From positions 9,298 to 33,297 of the forward strand of contig JAIFWC010000002.1 of the NCBI GenBank assembly GCA_019662065.1: a DNA stretch of 24,000 nucleotides. The letters are read 5' to 3'. The notes beneath the pieces are model-generated. The model was not told the origin of the DNA and did not search any database. It saw only the letters and a program-made list of their open reading frames with translations. The DNA comes from Candidatus Saccharimonadota bacterium. GTDB lineage: Bacteria; Patescibacteriota; Saccharimonadia; Saccharimonadales; UBA10212. Both the position numbers and the translations under genes were made by a program. Shown in pieces: positions 14,436 to 22,990 of the stretch (position 1 is its first letter; the number at the start of each line of letters is the position of its first letter).

Positions 14436-14466
14436 ACGATCCAAGAACGGGTCGTTTTTAATTTCT
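14436..14466. terminator. Bidirectional intrinsic terminator (serves the micro-ORF and tRNA-Met)
   Basis: acgatcc-aagaac-gggtcgt with one G-U pair. It has a T-run on the plus side and an A-run (aaaaaa, 14430-14435) on the other. Confidence 0.75.
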
Positions 14467-14470
14467 AACG

Positions 14471-14547
14471 TGGTAGCAGGGGCGAGATTTGAACTCGCGA
14501 CCCCAGGCTTATGAGTCCTGTGCTCTAACCAACTGAGCTACCCTGCC
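14471..14547 (-). tRNA. tRNA-Met (CAU), probably the elongator
   Basis: Reverse complement: GGCAGGG-TA-GCTC-AGTTGGTTA-GAGC-A-CAGGA-CTCATAA-GCCTG-GGGTC-GCGAG-TTCAAAT-CTCGC-CCCTGCT-A-CCA. The D-loop and variable loop resemble E. coli elongator tRNA-Met as I recall it. There is an A31-G39 mismatch at the top of the anticodon stem. Confidence 0.88.
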
Positions 14548-14701
14548 TCGTCGGAATCGAGGCGTCGGCTTCCGTAAGCGCGTTATACTTGCTTACTTCC
14601 AGCCTCGGCTCGCTTCCTCCTCTCAATTTTGCCAAATACTGCACTGCGGAATTTGGCAAAATTGTAGAAGAACAGAGGTAATTATACCAATTTATGTTTA
14701 T

Positions 14702-14971
14702 TTATTCTTCTTTGTTGTCTCTGTCATCATCGTCATCGCTTTTGGCGGGCGGAGTGTAGCCTAGGATGCCGCGGTTGCCTGGGTCATCAGTTTCATCAGC
14801 GCCAGAAATACCTTCATCATAATGCTCCATGGAATCTACGTTAGTATCAGCCTGAGGATGCGTATCATCGGTACTGTCGTGTACACCGCTAGGCGCCGAA
14901 AAGGGCGTTGAGTAATCCTCTGGCAGTTTTTCCTGCTCTTCTTCATCGTTGACTAATCCCTGTGGTGGCAT
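14702..14971 (-). CDS. Highly acidic, low-complexity 89-aa protein, hypothetical
   Basis: Good RBS (AGGAGGGATT-ATG). The sequence is Asp/Glu-rich throughout and ends in SDDDDDRDNKEE. There are no hydrophobic segments. Confidence 0.6.
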   Translation of the reverse strand: MPPQGLVNDEEEQEKLPEDYSTPFSAPSGVHDSTDDTHPQADTNVDSMEHYDEGISGADETDDPGNRGILGYTPPAKSDDDDDRDNKEE

Positions 14972-15097
14972 AATCCCTCCTGGTTACACATCCAGCCTAA
15001 CATCTTTAGGTGTCCCCTTTAAGTTAAATAAGTCACAGCTTGTAAAAATCATAGGTCCTATTCTTAATATTCAGGGAAAGGAGGCTTTATAGCTGAT

Positions 15098-15628
15098 TTG
15101 GCTGGTAAAAATGTGGCTGTGATGGCTACAGACTATTTTGAAGAAGCCGAGCTGACAGAGCCTGTAAAGGCTTTGCGTGAAGCCGGCGCTAAAGTTGAGA
15201 TCATCGCTCCTAAAGCTGGTGAAATTAAGGGCTTAAAGCATGTCGAACTCGGAAAGAGCGTAAGGGTGGATAAAACTTTAGACGAAGCTAATGCCGATGA
15301 TTACGACGCCCTGGTATTGCCCGGTGGGGCTATAAATGCCGACCACTTACGGATGGAGGAAAAAGCCCGCCAATTTGTAATTAAGATGATGGATGAGCAA
15401 ACTAAGCCAACGGCTGTAATTTGCCATGCTCCCTGGATGTTGGTGTCTGCCCACTTGGCGCGTGGTAAAAAACTGACCAGCTTCTTTACGATTCAGGATG
15501 ATATGCGCAACGCCGGGGCCGATTGGGTAGATGAGCAGGTAGTAATTGACGGCAATCTGATAACCAGCCGTAACCCAGACGACCTGCCGGCATTCAATAA
15601 AGCTATTATCTCAGCTATAGGAGGTTAG
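15098..15628 (+). CDS. DJ-1/PfpI-family protein (type 1 glutamine amidotransferase-like; glyoxalase III / general stress type)
   Basis: KNVAVMATDYFEEAEL...ALVLPGG...AVICHAPWMLVSA (nucleophile-elbow Cys-His)...ITSRNPDDLPAF. TTG start with an unusually long 13-nt spacing from AAAGGAGG. Confidence 0.85.
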   Translation: MAGKNVAVMATDYFEEAELTEPVKALREAGAKVEIIAPKAGEIKGLKHVELGKSVRVDKTLDEANADDYDALVLPGGAINADHLRMEEKARQFVIKMMDEQTKPTAVICHAPWMLVSAHLARGKKLTSFFTIQDDMRNAGADWVDEQVVIDGNLITSRNPDDLPAFNKAIISAIGG

Positions 15629-15632
15629 GTTA

Positions 15633-16805
15633 ATGCCAAAACTGCCCGGCAAAGATACTTCTTTATGGCTGGATACAACACCAAAAACTAATTTTACTGA
15701 ACTGGCTGACTTAAAACATACGCTGGACGTTGCAGTAGTCGGCGGTGGGATTGCCGGGATTTTAACGGCTTGGTATTTGCAACAAATCGGACTTAAGGTG
15801 GCCATTATCGAAAAGGCCCGGATTATCGAGAACACCACCGGTAATACCACCGCTAAGCTCACCTCCCAGCACAATTTAGTCTATGCTTATCTAATACGGC
15901 AGCACGGCCGCCCAGCCGCCCGGGCTTTTGGCGAAGCCAATCAGCAAGCCATAGAAGATATATTCAATCTTTCAAAACAGCTGGCAATTGATTGTGATTT
16001 TGAGCGGGCTGAAGCTTACGTCTTTACTCAACGGAAGGATAAGCTGGAGGCTATTAAACAAGAAACCGAGGCCGCCAAAAGCCTGGGCTTGCCGGCCAGC
16101 TTTGAAACCAAAACTGACTTACCATTTTCAGTCAAGGGTGCTATTAAATTTGCTAATCAGGCCCAATTCCACCCCCGTAAATTCTTATTAGGGGTAATAG
16201 CTGAGCTAAGAAAAAATAAAGTACCGATTTTTGAGCAGACTGAAGCCCTAGACATTAAACCGGGCTCCGTTGCCATCTTAAAAACCAATAAGGGCGAACT
16301 AAAAGCTAAGTACATTGTGGGGGCTACAAAATACCCATTCTGGCGCCAAGATTTGTTTGAGGATAAGACTTGGGTTAAATTATCTTACGCCCTTGGGGTA
16401 CTGCTAAAAGGTGATTATCCCCAACAGATGTATATTTCGGCTGAAGAGCCGGTCCGGACCATCCGCTCGCATCCCTATAAAGCTGGCCGGATATTAATTT
16501 TTGGCGGCGAAAGCCACTTAATGACCAAGGACTACAACAAAGACGAACACTATCAAAATTTGATTGACGATGTTAAGCGGAAGTTCAAAGTTAAACAGAT
16601 AGTTTATAGGTGGATTGCTGGCGATATGATGCCTAACGATAAGATGCCATACATCGGCGCCTATCCAGGGGAGAGTAACATTTTTGTAATCACTGGTTTC
16701 CATGCGTGGGGTTTGGGCTGGGGAATGGCCGCCGCCCAAATGATCAGAGATGAAATAGCCAAGCAGCCGAACCAATATAAGCAATTCTTTAGCCTGTCTC
16801 GCTAA
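15633..16805 (+). CDS. FAD-dependent oxidoreductase (DAO/glycine oxidase-like family)
   Basis: An N-terminal Rossmann dinucleotide motif (DVAVVGGGIAGILTAWYLQQIGLKVAIIEK). It starts 4 nt after the DJ-1 gene. Confidence 0.75.
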   Translation: MPKLPGKDTSLWLDTTPKTNFTELADLKHTLDVAVVGGGIAGILTAWYLQQIGLKVAIIEKARIIENTTGNTTAKLTSQHNLVYAYLIRQHGRPAARAFGEANQQAIEDIFNLSKQLAIDCDFERAEAYVFTQRKDKLEAIKQETEAAKSLGLPASFETKTDLPFSVKGAIKFANQAQFHPRKFLLGVIAELRKNKVPIFEQTEALDIKPGSVAILKTNKGELKAKYIVGATKYPFWRQDLFEDKTWVKLSYALGVLLKGDYPQQMYISAEEPVRTIRSHPYKAGRILIFGGESHLMTKDYNKDEHYQNLIDDVKRKFKVKQIVYRWIAGDMMPNDKMPYIGAYPGESNIFVITGFHAWGLGWGMAAAQMIRDEIAKQPNQYKQFFSLSR

Positions 16806-16831
16806 AAAGAGTTAAGGTTTTTGCTAATATA

Positions 16832-17713
16832 ATGCCTATGAAGCTCAATATCGAACCAGGTACGTATGTAGTGGCCGTTAGCGGCGGCGTCGACTCTGTG
16901 GTGTTGCTAGATTTACTGTCTAGGAGGCCGGGGCTTAAACTGATTGTGGCTCATTTTAATCACGGAATTAGAAGTGATTCGGCAGAAGATGAGAAATTGG
17001 TCAAACGCACGGCCAGAAACTACGGTTTAAAGTTTGAAGCTACCAATGGCCAGCTGGGAGTTGTGAGTGAAGAAATCGCCAGAAAAGCCCGCTATGTTTT
17101 CCTGGAGGCTATTAAAGCCAAGTATCAGGCTCAGGCTATTATCACGGCTCATCATCAGGACGACTTGATTGAAACAACCATGATTAATTTACTGCGCGGT
17201 ACTGGACGCCAGGGCTTATCGTCAATTATTAATAATCAAAAAATTATCCGGCCACTTTTGAATGTGTCAAAGCAGTCGATTCTGGAATATGCGCATCAGC
17301 ATAATTTAGAGTGGCAGGAAGATTCAACAAACCAAAATCCAGATTACCTAAGGAACTATTTGAGACTAAAGGTATTAATGAAATTAAATAAAAAGCAAAG
17401 AGAAATTCTTATCTGTAATATCGAAAAAGTCGCAAAAATTAATAATTCTTTAGATAATGAATTTGCGAAATTATCGCATAATATTGGTCAAACTGAGATT
17501 GATCGGCAAGCTTTTTCTAAACTGCCAGCCGAGGTTGGTACCGAATATATGGCTTATCTACTTAGACAGTGCCAGATTAAAGACTACGACTCTACGACAA
17601 TTAACCGTCTCAGCTTGTCGATCAAGACATCTAAACCTAATACAGCTCAACCGATTAGGCAACTACAGTCGCTTAAACTGACTGCCGCTACTGCCACTAT
17701 CGCAACTTCTTAG
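16832..17713 (+). CDS. tilS: tRNA(Ile)-lysidine synthetase TilS (short form)
   Basis: PP-loop YVVAVSGGVDSVVLLDLL, then HFNHGIR, AHHQDDLIETTMINLLRG and RPLL motifs. Confidence 0.88.
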   Translation: MPMKLNIEPGTYVVAVSGGVDSVVLLDLLSRRPGLKLIVAHFNHGIRSDSAEDEKLVKRTARNYGLKFEATNGQLGVVSEEIARKARYVFLEAIKAKYQAQAIITAHHQDDLIETTMINLLRGTGRQGLSSIINNQKIIRPLLNVSKQSILEYAHQHNLEWQEDSTNQNPDYLRNYLRLKVLMKLNKKQREILICNIEKVAKINNSLDNEFAKLSHNIGQTEIDRQAFSKLPAEVGTEYMAYLLRQCQIKDYDSTTINRLSLSIKTSKPNTAQPIRQLQSLKLTAATATIATS

Positions 17714-17761
17714 CCTAAGGGGTCGCAAACTAACCGTTGCAACTGATATAATAACTTTGAT

Positions 17762-19633
17762 ATGGAGAAAAAGCCTTTCCGCTTGAGTGGCGGCCGGGGA
17801 GACGGTCGCGGCAACCGCTTTAAGAATGCGGGGTTTGTTGCCTTGATAATTCTGTTTGGCATGATTGTTTATGCGGCTCTGAACCAACCCAGTCCACTAA
17901 AGACCGTGCCCTTCTCTCAGGTAGTGGCTCAGGCTAACAATGGCCAAATTAAGCGGATTGAGGTTAATGGCGACCAAACCTTAGAAATTACACCGGTAGG
18001 GCAGAACCATCCGACAGAGAAGTCTTATAAAGAAGCGGGCTCCAGCATTTACGAGCAGGGTCTAAAACAGGGCAAGGTAGAGTTAGTCAATAAGCCGCAA
18101 TCAGATAACAATGGCATCTGGATTACTCTTTTGGGTAGCGTACTGCCAATTGTGATTATCGCTGGGATATTAATTTTGATGTTCCGTAGCGCCCAGGGCC
18201 AGGGTAACCAGGCGTTGAGCTTTGGCAAAAGCCGCGCCCGGTTATACGGTAACGAGAAGGATAAGATTAACTTTAAAGAAGTCGCCGGCAACGAAGAGGC
18301 CAAGCAAGACCTCCAAGAAGTGGTGGAGTTTTTGAAATACCCTAAAAAGTTTGAAGGGGTAGGAGCCAAAATTCCTAAAGGAGTGCTGCTGGTAGGGCCA
18401 CCGGGTACCGGTAAGACACTGTTGGCCCGGGCAGTGGCCGGTGAAGCTAATGCGCCATTTTTCAGCATCAGTGGTTCGGAATTTGTAGAAATGTTTGTCG
18501 GTGTCGGGGCCAGTCGAGTGCGCGACCTGTTTAATAAGGCCAAAAAGAACGCACCCTGCATCATTTTTATAGATGAGATTGATGCTGTAGGCCGCCGACG
18601 TGGCTCAGGTATGGGCGGTGGCCACGACGAACGTGAGCAAACCCTCAATCAAATCCTAGTAGAGATGGATGGTTTTGAGCAAGGCCAAAACGTCATTGTG
18701 TTAGCAGCCACTAACCGCTCAGATGTACTTGACCCAGCCTTGCTGCGACCAGGCCGGTTTGACCGCCGGGTAAATATTGATTTGCCAGACCGCAAAGACC
18801 GTGAAGCTATCTTAAAAGTTCATTTCAGTGAAAAGCCGGTCAGCAAGGACGTTGACCTGAATTCACTGGCGGCCAAAAGCGCTGGCTCATCCGGTGCTGA
18901 TTTAGCCAACATCGCTAATGAGGCTGCTATATTGGCCGCCCGCCATAACCGCAAAGTAATTGAGAACGAAGACGTAGTTTCGGCCTTTGAAAAAGTGGCC
19001 ATCGGACCAGAGCGCAAAAGTAAGATTATGAGCGAGAAAGAGAAAGAACTAACAGCCTACCATGAAGCTGGTCATGCAGTCGTAGGACATGTTTTGCCAG
19101 ATAGCGATATGGTCCATAAAGTCACCATCATTCCACGCGGCGGCACTGGTGGCGTAACCTGGTTTATCCCTCCAGAAGATAAAAGCTACCACAGTATTAT
19201 CGAGTACAAAGATGTCCTGGCTAGGATGCTGGGTGGCCGGGTAGCCGAGGAAGTAGTTTACGGCCATGATAGAGTGACCACTGGCGCCGGCAGCGACCTG
19301 CAAAAGGCTGCCGAACTGGCCCGTGATATGGTGGTTAACCAGGGTATGGGCCGCAAGCTGCGCGACCAAGTCTTCCATGTAGAAGAGGGCATGATGCTAG
19401 AACGAATGGTCCACGAGCGTCAGTATTCCGACGAAACTGCCAAAATTATCGACGATGAAGTCGAAGCCTTGATTACCGAAGCTGCAAACCGGGCCCGGAC
19501 AGTTGTCAAAGCCAACTTGCACAAACTAGAAGAACTCAAAAAGGCCCTGTTAGATAAAGAGACCGTCGAAGCCAAAGAAGTCGTCAAACTCCTCGAGGGT
19601 TCACACATGCCCAAAGCTGCCGCTTTGTACTAG
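17762..19633 (+). CDS. ftsH: ATP-dependent zinc metalloprotease FtsH
   Basis: Two TM segments, Walker A GPPGTGKT, Walker [33 protein letters not shown], and zinc site HEAGHAV. Confidence 0.97.
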   Translation: MEKKPFRLSGGRGDGRGNRFKNAGFVALIILFGMIVYAALNQPSPLKTVPFSQVVAQANNGQIKRIEVNGDQTLEITPVGQNHPTEKSYKEAGSSIYEQGLKQGKVELVNKPQSDNNGIWITLLGSVLPIVIIAGILILMFRSAQGQGNQALSFGKSRARLYGNEKDKINFKEVAGNEEAKQDLQEVVEFLKYPKKFEGVGAKIPKGVLLVGPPGTGKTLLARAVAGEANAPFFSISGSEFVEMFVGVGASRVRDLFNKAKKNAPCIIFIDEIDAVGRRRGSGMGGGHDEREQTLNQILVEMDGFEQGQNVIVLAATNRSDVLDPALLRPGRFDRRVNIDLPDRKDREAILKVHFSEKPVSKDVDLNSLAAKSAGSSGADLANIANEAAILAARHNRKVIENEDVVSAFEKVAIGPERKSKIMSEKEKELTAYHEAGHAVVGHVLPDSDMVHKVTIIPRGGTGGVTWFIPPEDKSYHSIIEYKDVLARMLGGRVAEEVVYGHDRVTTGAGSDLQKAAELARDMVVNQGMGRKLRDQVFHVEEGMMLERMVHERQYSDETAKIIDDEVEALITEAANRARTVVKANLHKLEELKKALLDKETVEAKEVVKLLEGSHMPKAAALY

Positions 19634-19640
19634 TGCGAAA

Positions 19641-19649
19641 TGTTAGAAT
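19641..19649 (+). promoter_or_regulatory. Extended -10 promoter predicting a leaderless transcript starting at ATG 19656
   Basis: TGtTAGAAT at 19641-19649. The A of ATG 19656 lies 7 nt downstream of the hexamer. Confidence 0.4.
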
Positions 19650-19655
19650 ACACTT

Positions 19656-19766
19656 ATGGCGATTGAGCGGATTATAAACAGAAATAAGACACCCCTTCGG
19701 GGTTTCTTATCGCGCCGGGTACGGAATCAATCCGCCACTCGGGCTACCTTCCCGAAAGGTGATTGA
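19656..19766 (+). CDS. 36-codon upstream ORF whose first 8 codons duplicate the RuvB N-terminus
   Basis: ATGGCGATTGAGCGGATTATAAAC encodes MAIERIIN, the same peptide as GTGGCTATAGAAAGAATTATAAAC at 19768-19791. The frame ends at TGA 19764-19766, 1 nt before GTG 19768. Confidence 0.35.
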   Translation: MAIERIINRNKTPLRGFLSRRVRNQSATRATFPKGD

Positions 19767-19767
19767 A

Positions 19768-20793
19768 GTGGCTATAGAAAGAATTATAAACACATCGGCT
19801 AAAGATGAACCCGAAGAGCAAGAGTTAGAACAAACATTGCGGCCACGTGACTTTAAAAGTTACGTGGGCCAAGAGCGTTTAAAGAAAAACCTCAAACTGG
19901 CAATCAGTGCTGCCAAAAAACGCGGTGAGCCGATTGACCACGTGCTGCTTTATGGGCCGCCGGGGTTGGGCAAAACAACCATGGCCACGGTGATCGCCAA
20001 CGAGATGGGCGCCCAAATCAGGGTAACTAGCGGCCCGGCGATCGAGCGGGCTGGCGATTTGGCATCTTTGCTGACTAACTTGCAAGACAGCGATATTTTA
20101 TTCATTGATGAAATTCACCGCTTGCATCGGGTTGTAGAGGAAGTCTTATATTCGGCGATGGAAGATTTTAAGCTCGATATTATGTTGGGCAAAGGCCCCA
20201 GCGCCCGCAGTCTACGGCTAGATTTGCCTAAATTTACTATCATTGGCGCTACCACCCGTACTGGTGCCTTAGCGGCGCCATTGCGTGATCGGTTTGGCAT
20301 GATCCACCGCCTGGAATTTTATGAACCAGATGAGATCAAGCAGATTATCAAGCGCTCGGCAGCGATTTTGAAGGTGCCAGTTGATGATGAAGCCGCCGGA
20401 CTGCTCGCCGGTCGGGCCCGCCTGACACCGCGGATTGCCAACCGGCTGCTAAAACGGGTACGCGATTATGCCGATATTAACGGTGATGGAATTATTGATG
20501 CCAAAATTGCCACCGAAGCGCTAGGTTTATTAGAAATAGATTCACTCGGCCTAGATCCAGCCGACCGCAGCATTTTGGTGGCGATTATGGAACACCACAA
20601 CGGCGGCCCGGTAGGTGTAGAGACTCTGGCCGCGCTGACCGCCGAAGAACGCACCACCATTGAAGATTTTTACGAGCCATATCTGATGCAAATTGGCTTA
20701 TTGGAGCGCACGCCGCGCGGCCGTAAAGTTACCCATCGGGCTTGGGAACATCTCGGAAAGAAACCGGCCAAAACTCAGCCATCTTTACTGTAA
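19768..20793 (+). CDS. ruvB: Holliday junction branch migration helicase RuvB
   Basis: [16 protein letters not shown], Walker [10 protein letters not shown], Walker [10 protein letters not shown], sensor [16 protein letters not shown] prefer the start at GTG 19768 (SD AAGGTGAT 5 nt upstream, matching the duplicated N-terminus). The ORF track start GTG 19759 is the alternative. Confidence 0.95.
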   Translation: MAIERIINTSAKDEPEEQELEQTLRPRDFKSYVGQERLKKNLKLAISAAKKRGEPIDHVLLYGPPGLGKTTMATVIANEMGAQIRVTSGPAIERAGDLASLLTNLQDSDILFIDEIHRLHRVVEEVLYSAMEDFKLDIMLGKGPSARSLRLDLPKFTIIGATTRTGALAAPLRDRFGMIHRLEFYEPDEIKQIIKRSAAILKVPVDDEAAGLLAGRARLTPRIANRLLKRVRDYADINGDGIIDAKIATEALGLLEIDSLGLDPADRSILVAIMEHHNGGPVGVETLAALTAEERTTIEDFYEPYLMQIGLLERTPRGRKVTHRAWEHLGKKPAKTQPSLL

Positions 20794-20812
20794 ATCCTAT
20801 ATAATCTAGCCA

Positions 20813-21412
20813 ATGGCAGAAAAACCTAACCCTCCGGCGACACCTCCGCCGCTAACTGGGCTATCCGCCTTACCCGAAGCCGACATGCTGGAGCCGGGCG
20901 AGAGCATTGTAACTGTGATTCATCGTTCATTGATTGGGCTGGTCGGCATATACTTAGTTGCGATTGCGGCCGTAGGGGCTATATTTACATTGCTGATTGC
21001 AATTTCTCCGGACACCTTTGATACCGAGAGCGCCACCATATCACCTACTTTGAGTGCCATCATGATATTGGGGGCTATCCTATTAGTGCTGATTTTATTT
21101 GCAGCCACCTACATCTACCGCCAAAGCCGATTGATACTGACTGACAGAAGTCTCTTACAAATTATGCAAAAATCGCTTTTTATCAGAAAAGCCTCCAGGT
21201 TAAGCTATTCTAATGTTGAGGATGTCAGCGCTGAGCAAAGGGGTATATTGGCCAGCTTGTTTAGCTACGGCACTTTAATGATCCAAACTGCCGGCGAGCG
21301 GGATAATTTTGATTTTAGTCTCTGTCCCAACCCTAATGAACTAGCCGACCGAATAATCGAAGAACGCCAAAAATATGCTGAAAGCATTAAAGAAGAGAAC
21401 GAACGCCATTAA
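20813..21412 (+). CDS. Membrane protein with bacterial PH domain (bPH_2 / YdbS-YdbT-like)
   Basis: A Pro-rich N-terminus and two TM segments. These are followed by RLILTDRSLLQI...YSNVEDVSAEQRGILASLFSYGTLMIQTAG, typical of bPH_2. Confidence 0.7.
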   Translation: MAEKPNPPATPPPLTGLSALPEADMLEPGESIVTVIHRSLIGLVGIYLVAIAAVGAIFTLLIAISPDTFDTESATISPTLSAIMILGAILLVLILFAATYIYRQSRLILTDRSLLQIMQKSLFIRKASRLSYSNVEDVSAEQRGILASLFSYGTLMIQTAGERDNFDFSLCPNPNELADRIIEERQKYAESIKEENERH

Positions 21413-21413
21413 A

Positions 21414-21433
21414 TACTTAACAAGTTAAGTATA
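21414..21433. terminator. 9-bp perfect palindromic hairpin between convergent genes (weak terminator candidate)
   Basis: atacttaac-aa-gttaagtat. The loop is only 2 nt and there is no clear U-tract. Confidence 0.3.
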
Positions 21434-21441
21434 GCTAATAG

Positions 21442-21747
21442 CTACTCTTGGAAAGGGTTGTTGCGGGCGGATTCAAATAGAGCGTGGATATCTGTATTAT
21501 TTTGCTCAAGCGATTGGATTTGATTAACGGCGTTTTTGTCGACTTTAGGAATAGAGGTGGTAACTGTTACTTCTTGATCGGGTCCGGGCTCTGCCTTGGC
21601 CAGATTACTGATTTTGAAAACTATAATTAGGTATACCAGCAGCACGCCAAAGACAGCTGCAAAAATTATATGCTTACTAAATCGGCCAAAGTATTTTTTA
21701 ATTAACGGCCTAAAGTTTAGTGATTTTAAATCGATATTTTTACTCAT
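21442..21747 (-). CDS. Small single-TM protein at the end of the pilMNO operon (possible pilus assembly accessory, PilP-like?)
   Basis: Its start overlaps the pilO stop by 4 nt. It has one TM (IIFAAVFGVLLVYLIIVF) and a C-terminal NNPFQE, reminiscent of the R(D/N)PF motif of PilP. The functional call is weak. Confidence 0.5.
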   Translation of the reverse strand: MSKNIDLKSLNFRPLIKKYFGRFSKHIIFAAVFGVLLVYLIIVFKISNLAKAEPGPDQEVTVTTSIPKVDKNAVNQIQSLEQNNTDIHALFESARNNPFQE

Positions 21748-22397
21748 GGCTTGATAAATATGTTAATAGTCAGCGTGAAGGTAAGGGACGTTTTGCCGTT
21801 AGCCGGCTGGATGGTCACTTGAGTAATTTGGGCGGTGTGGCGATTATTCTCAATCCGGTGCAAGAAACTGAGCATTTTATCGTAAGTTACTTGCTTGCTG
21901 GGAGCGGCAGTATTGCTGGATTCGGGCGTGATTATAAGCTCAAGGCTGTATAGGCCAGGAATGCCGGTGACTGGTTTGGCTTGGCTAATAGCTGCTGAAG
22001 ATGAGCTAGCCGAAGTGGCGTCCTGTTGGGTGGGCGTAGTAGTAGTGCGCAGGCCAAGAGTGCTGGCGGGGAAGGTTATGCTTTGAATCGAAATACCAGA
22101 TTGGCTAGCCATTTGATTGATTTCCAGGACTGCTTGAGCCTGGTCCTTGTCGTTAGGAATAACGGTTTTGGCAACATCTTTAAAGTATGAATATTTCTCG
22201 ATATCTTTTTTAGTTTGTTCAAGATTAGATAGCTGGGCATCGGCTGTCTCACTTTGGACTCTTAAATCAACCATTTTCTTACTCTCGCTGCCAAGGGTAG
22301 AGAGACCGGCTAACATAACTCCAAAAAAACCAACAATTGATAGGGCTAAGACTCCAAGTAACAGTAATCGCAACCGTTTACTATCAAGCTTAATCAT
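21744..22397 (-). CDS. pilO: Type IV pilus assembly protein PilO-like
   Basis: An N-terminal TM, a coiled coil (QLSNLEQTKKDIEKY) and VLEINQMASQSGISIQSITF. It occupies the operon position after pilN with a 4-nt overlap. Confidence 0.65.
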   Translation of the reverse strand: MIKLDSKRLRLLLLGVLALSIVGFFGVMLAGLSTLGSESKKMVDLRVQSETADAQLSNLEQTKKDIEKYSYFKDVAKTVIPNDKDQAQAVLEINQMASQSGISIQSITFPASTLGLRTTTTPTQQDATSASSSSAAISQAKPVTGIPGLYSLELIITPESSNTAAPSKQVTYDKMLSFLHRIENNRHTAQITQVTIQPANGKTSLTFTLTINIFIKP

Positions 22398-22990
22398 TGG
22401 GACCCCTTAGGTACGCTTAAGAAGCGGTTCTTGGCATCAGCTGAAAACAGGGCTTTAAATGTAGCGCCACATTTATAAACAGTTTGATCGAGAGTAGTTG
22501 TGCAGTTAATGGCGATAATATCAACTTTGGAAAACAACTTATTTTTAGAGCCACTTAAATTAACGGCAATTTGGGCCGCCGAAGCATAGTCTTTAGCGCT
22601 GGCGCTTAAGTCCAGCGTGCCATTGATTTGGGTCAAACTGAGCGTACCCAATACAGTGCCGGGCGGCATATCGTTACCAATCGCCTGGATAAGATCGGAA
22701 AAACGGATCTCAGTACCAAGCACTTGGTTAATGACCTTGATATCACCGGTGATTTCTTTAGCGTCTTTTTGCACTTTAGCCAAATTTTGAGCTTTAAGCT
22801 GCTGATTAGTGATATCAATATTTTTTTGCAGGGTTTTAGATTGCTGGTTAATGTATAGCCAGCCGCCAGCTAGGATGATCACTAGGCCAACCATCGCTAT
22901 CGCGACGCCAATCAGCCAGTTGCGGAGGATGGTATTTTGCCGGCCGTAGCGTATAGATTCGGCATAAGTTGTCGGCAGTAAATTGATCAT
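22394..22990 (-). CDS. pilN: Type IV pilus assembly protein PilN
   Basis: MINLLP... N-terminal motif, one TM and a coiled coil. It overlaps pilM by 4 nt. Confidence 0.75.
   Translation of the reverse strand: MINLLPTTYAESIRYGRQNTILRNWLIGVAIAMVGLVIILAGGWLYINQQSKTLQKNIDITNQQLKAQNLAKVQKDAKEITGDIKVINQVLGTEIRFSDLIQAIGNDMPPGTVLGTLSLTQINGTLDLSASAKDYASAAQIAVNLSGSKNKLFSKVDIIAINCTTTLDQTVYKCGATFKALFSADAKNRFLSVPKGSQ

Noticed and set aside
19671-19792. T4 gene 60-style translational bypass between the two ATTATAAAC copies upstream of ruvB.
   Set aside because: There is no stop codon immediately after the putative take-off codon. Ordinary initiation at GTG 19768, which has a good SD, yields the same protein. 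This makes bypassing an unnecessary hypothesis without ribosome-profiling evidence.
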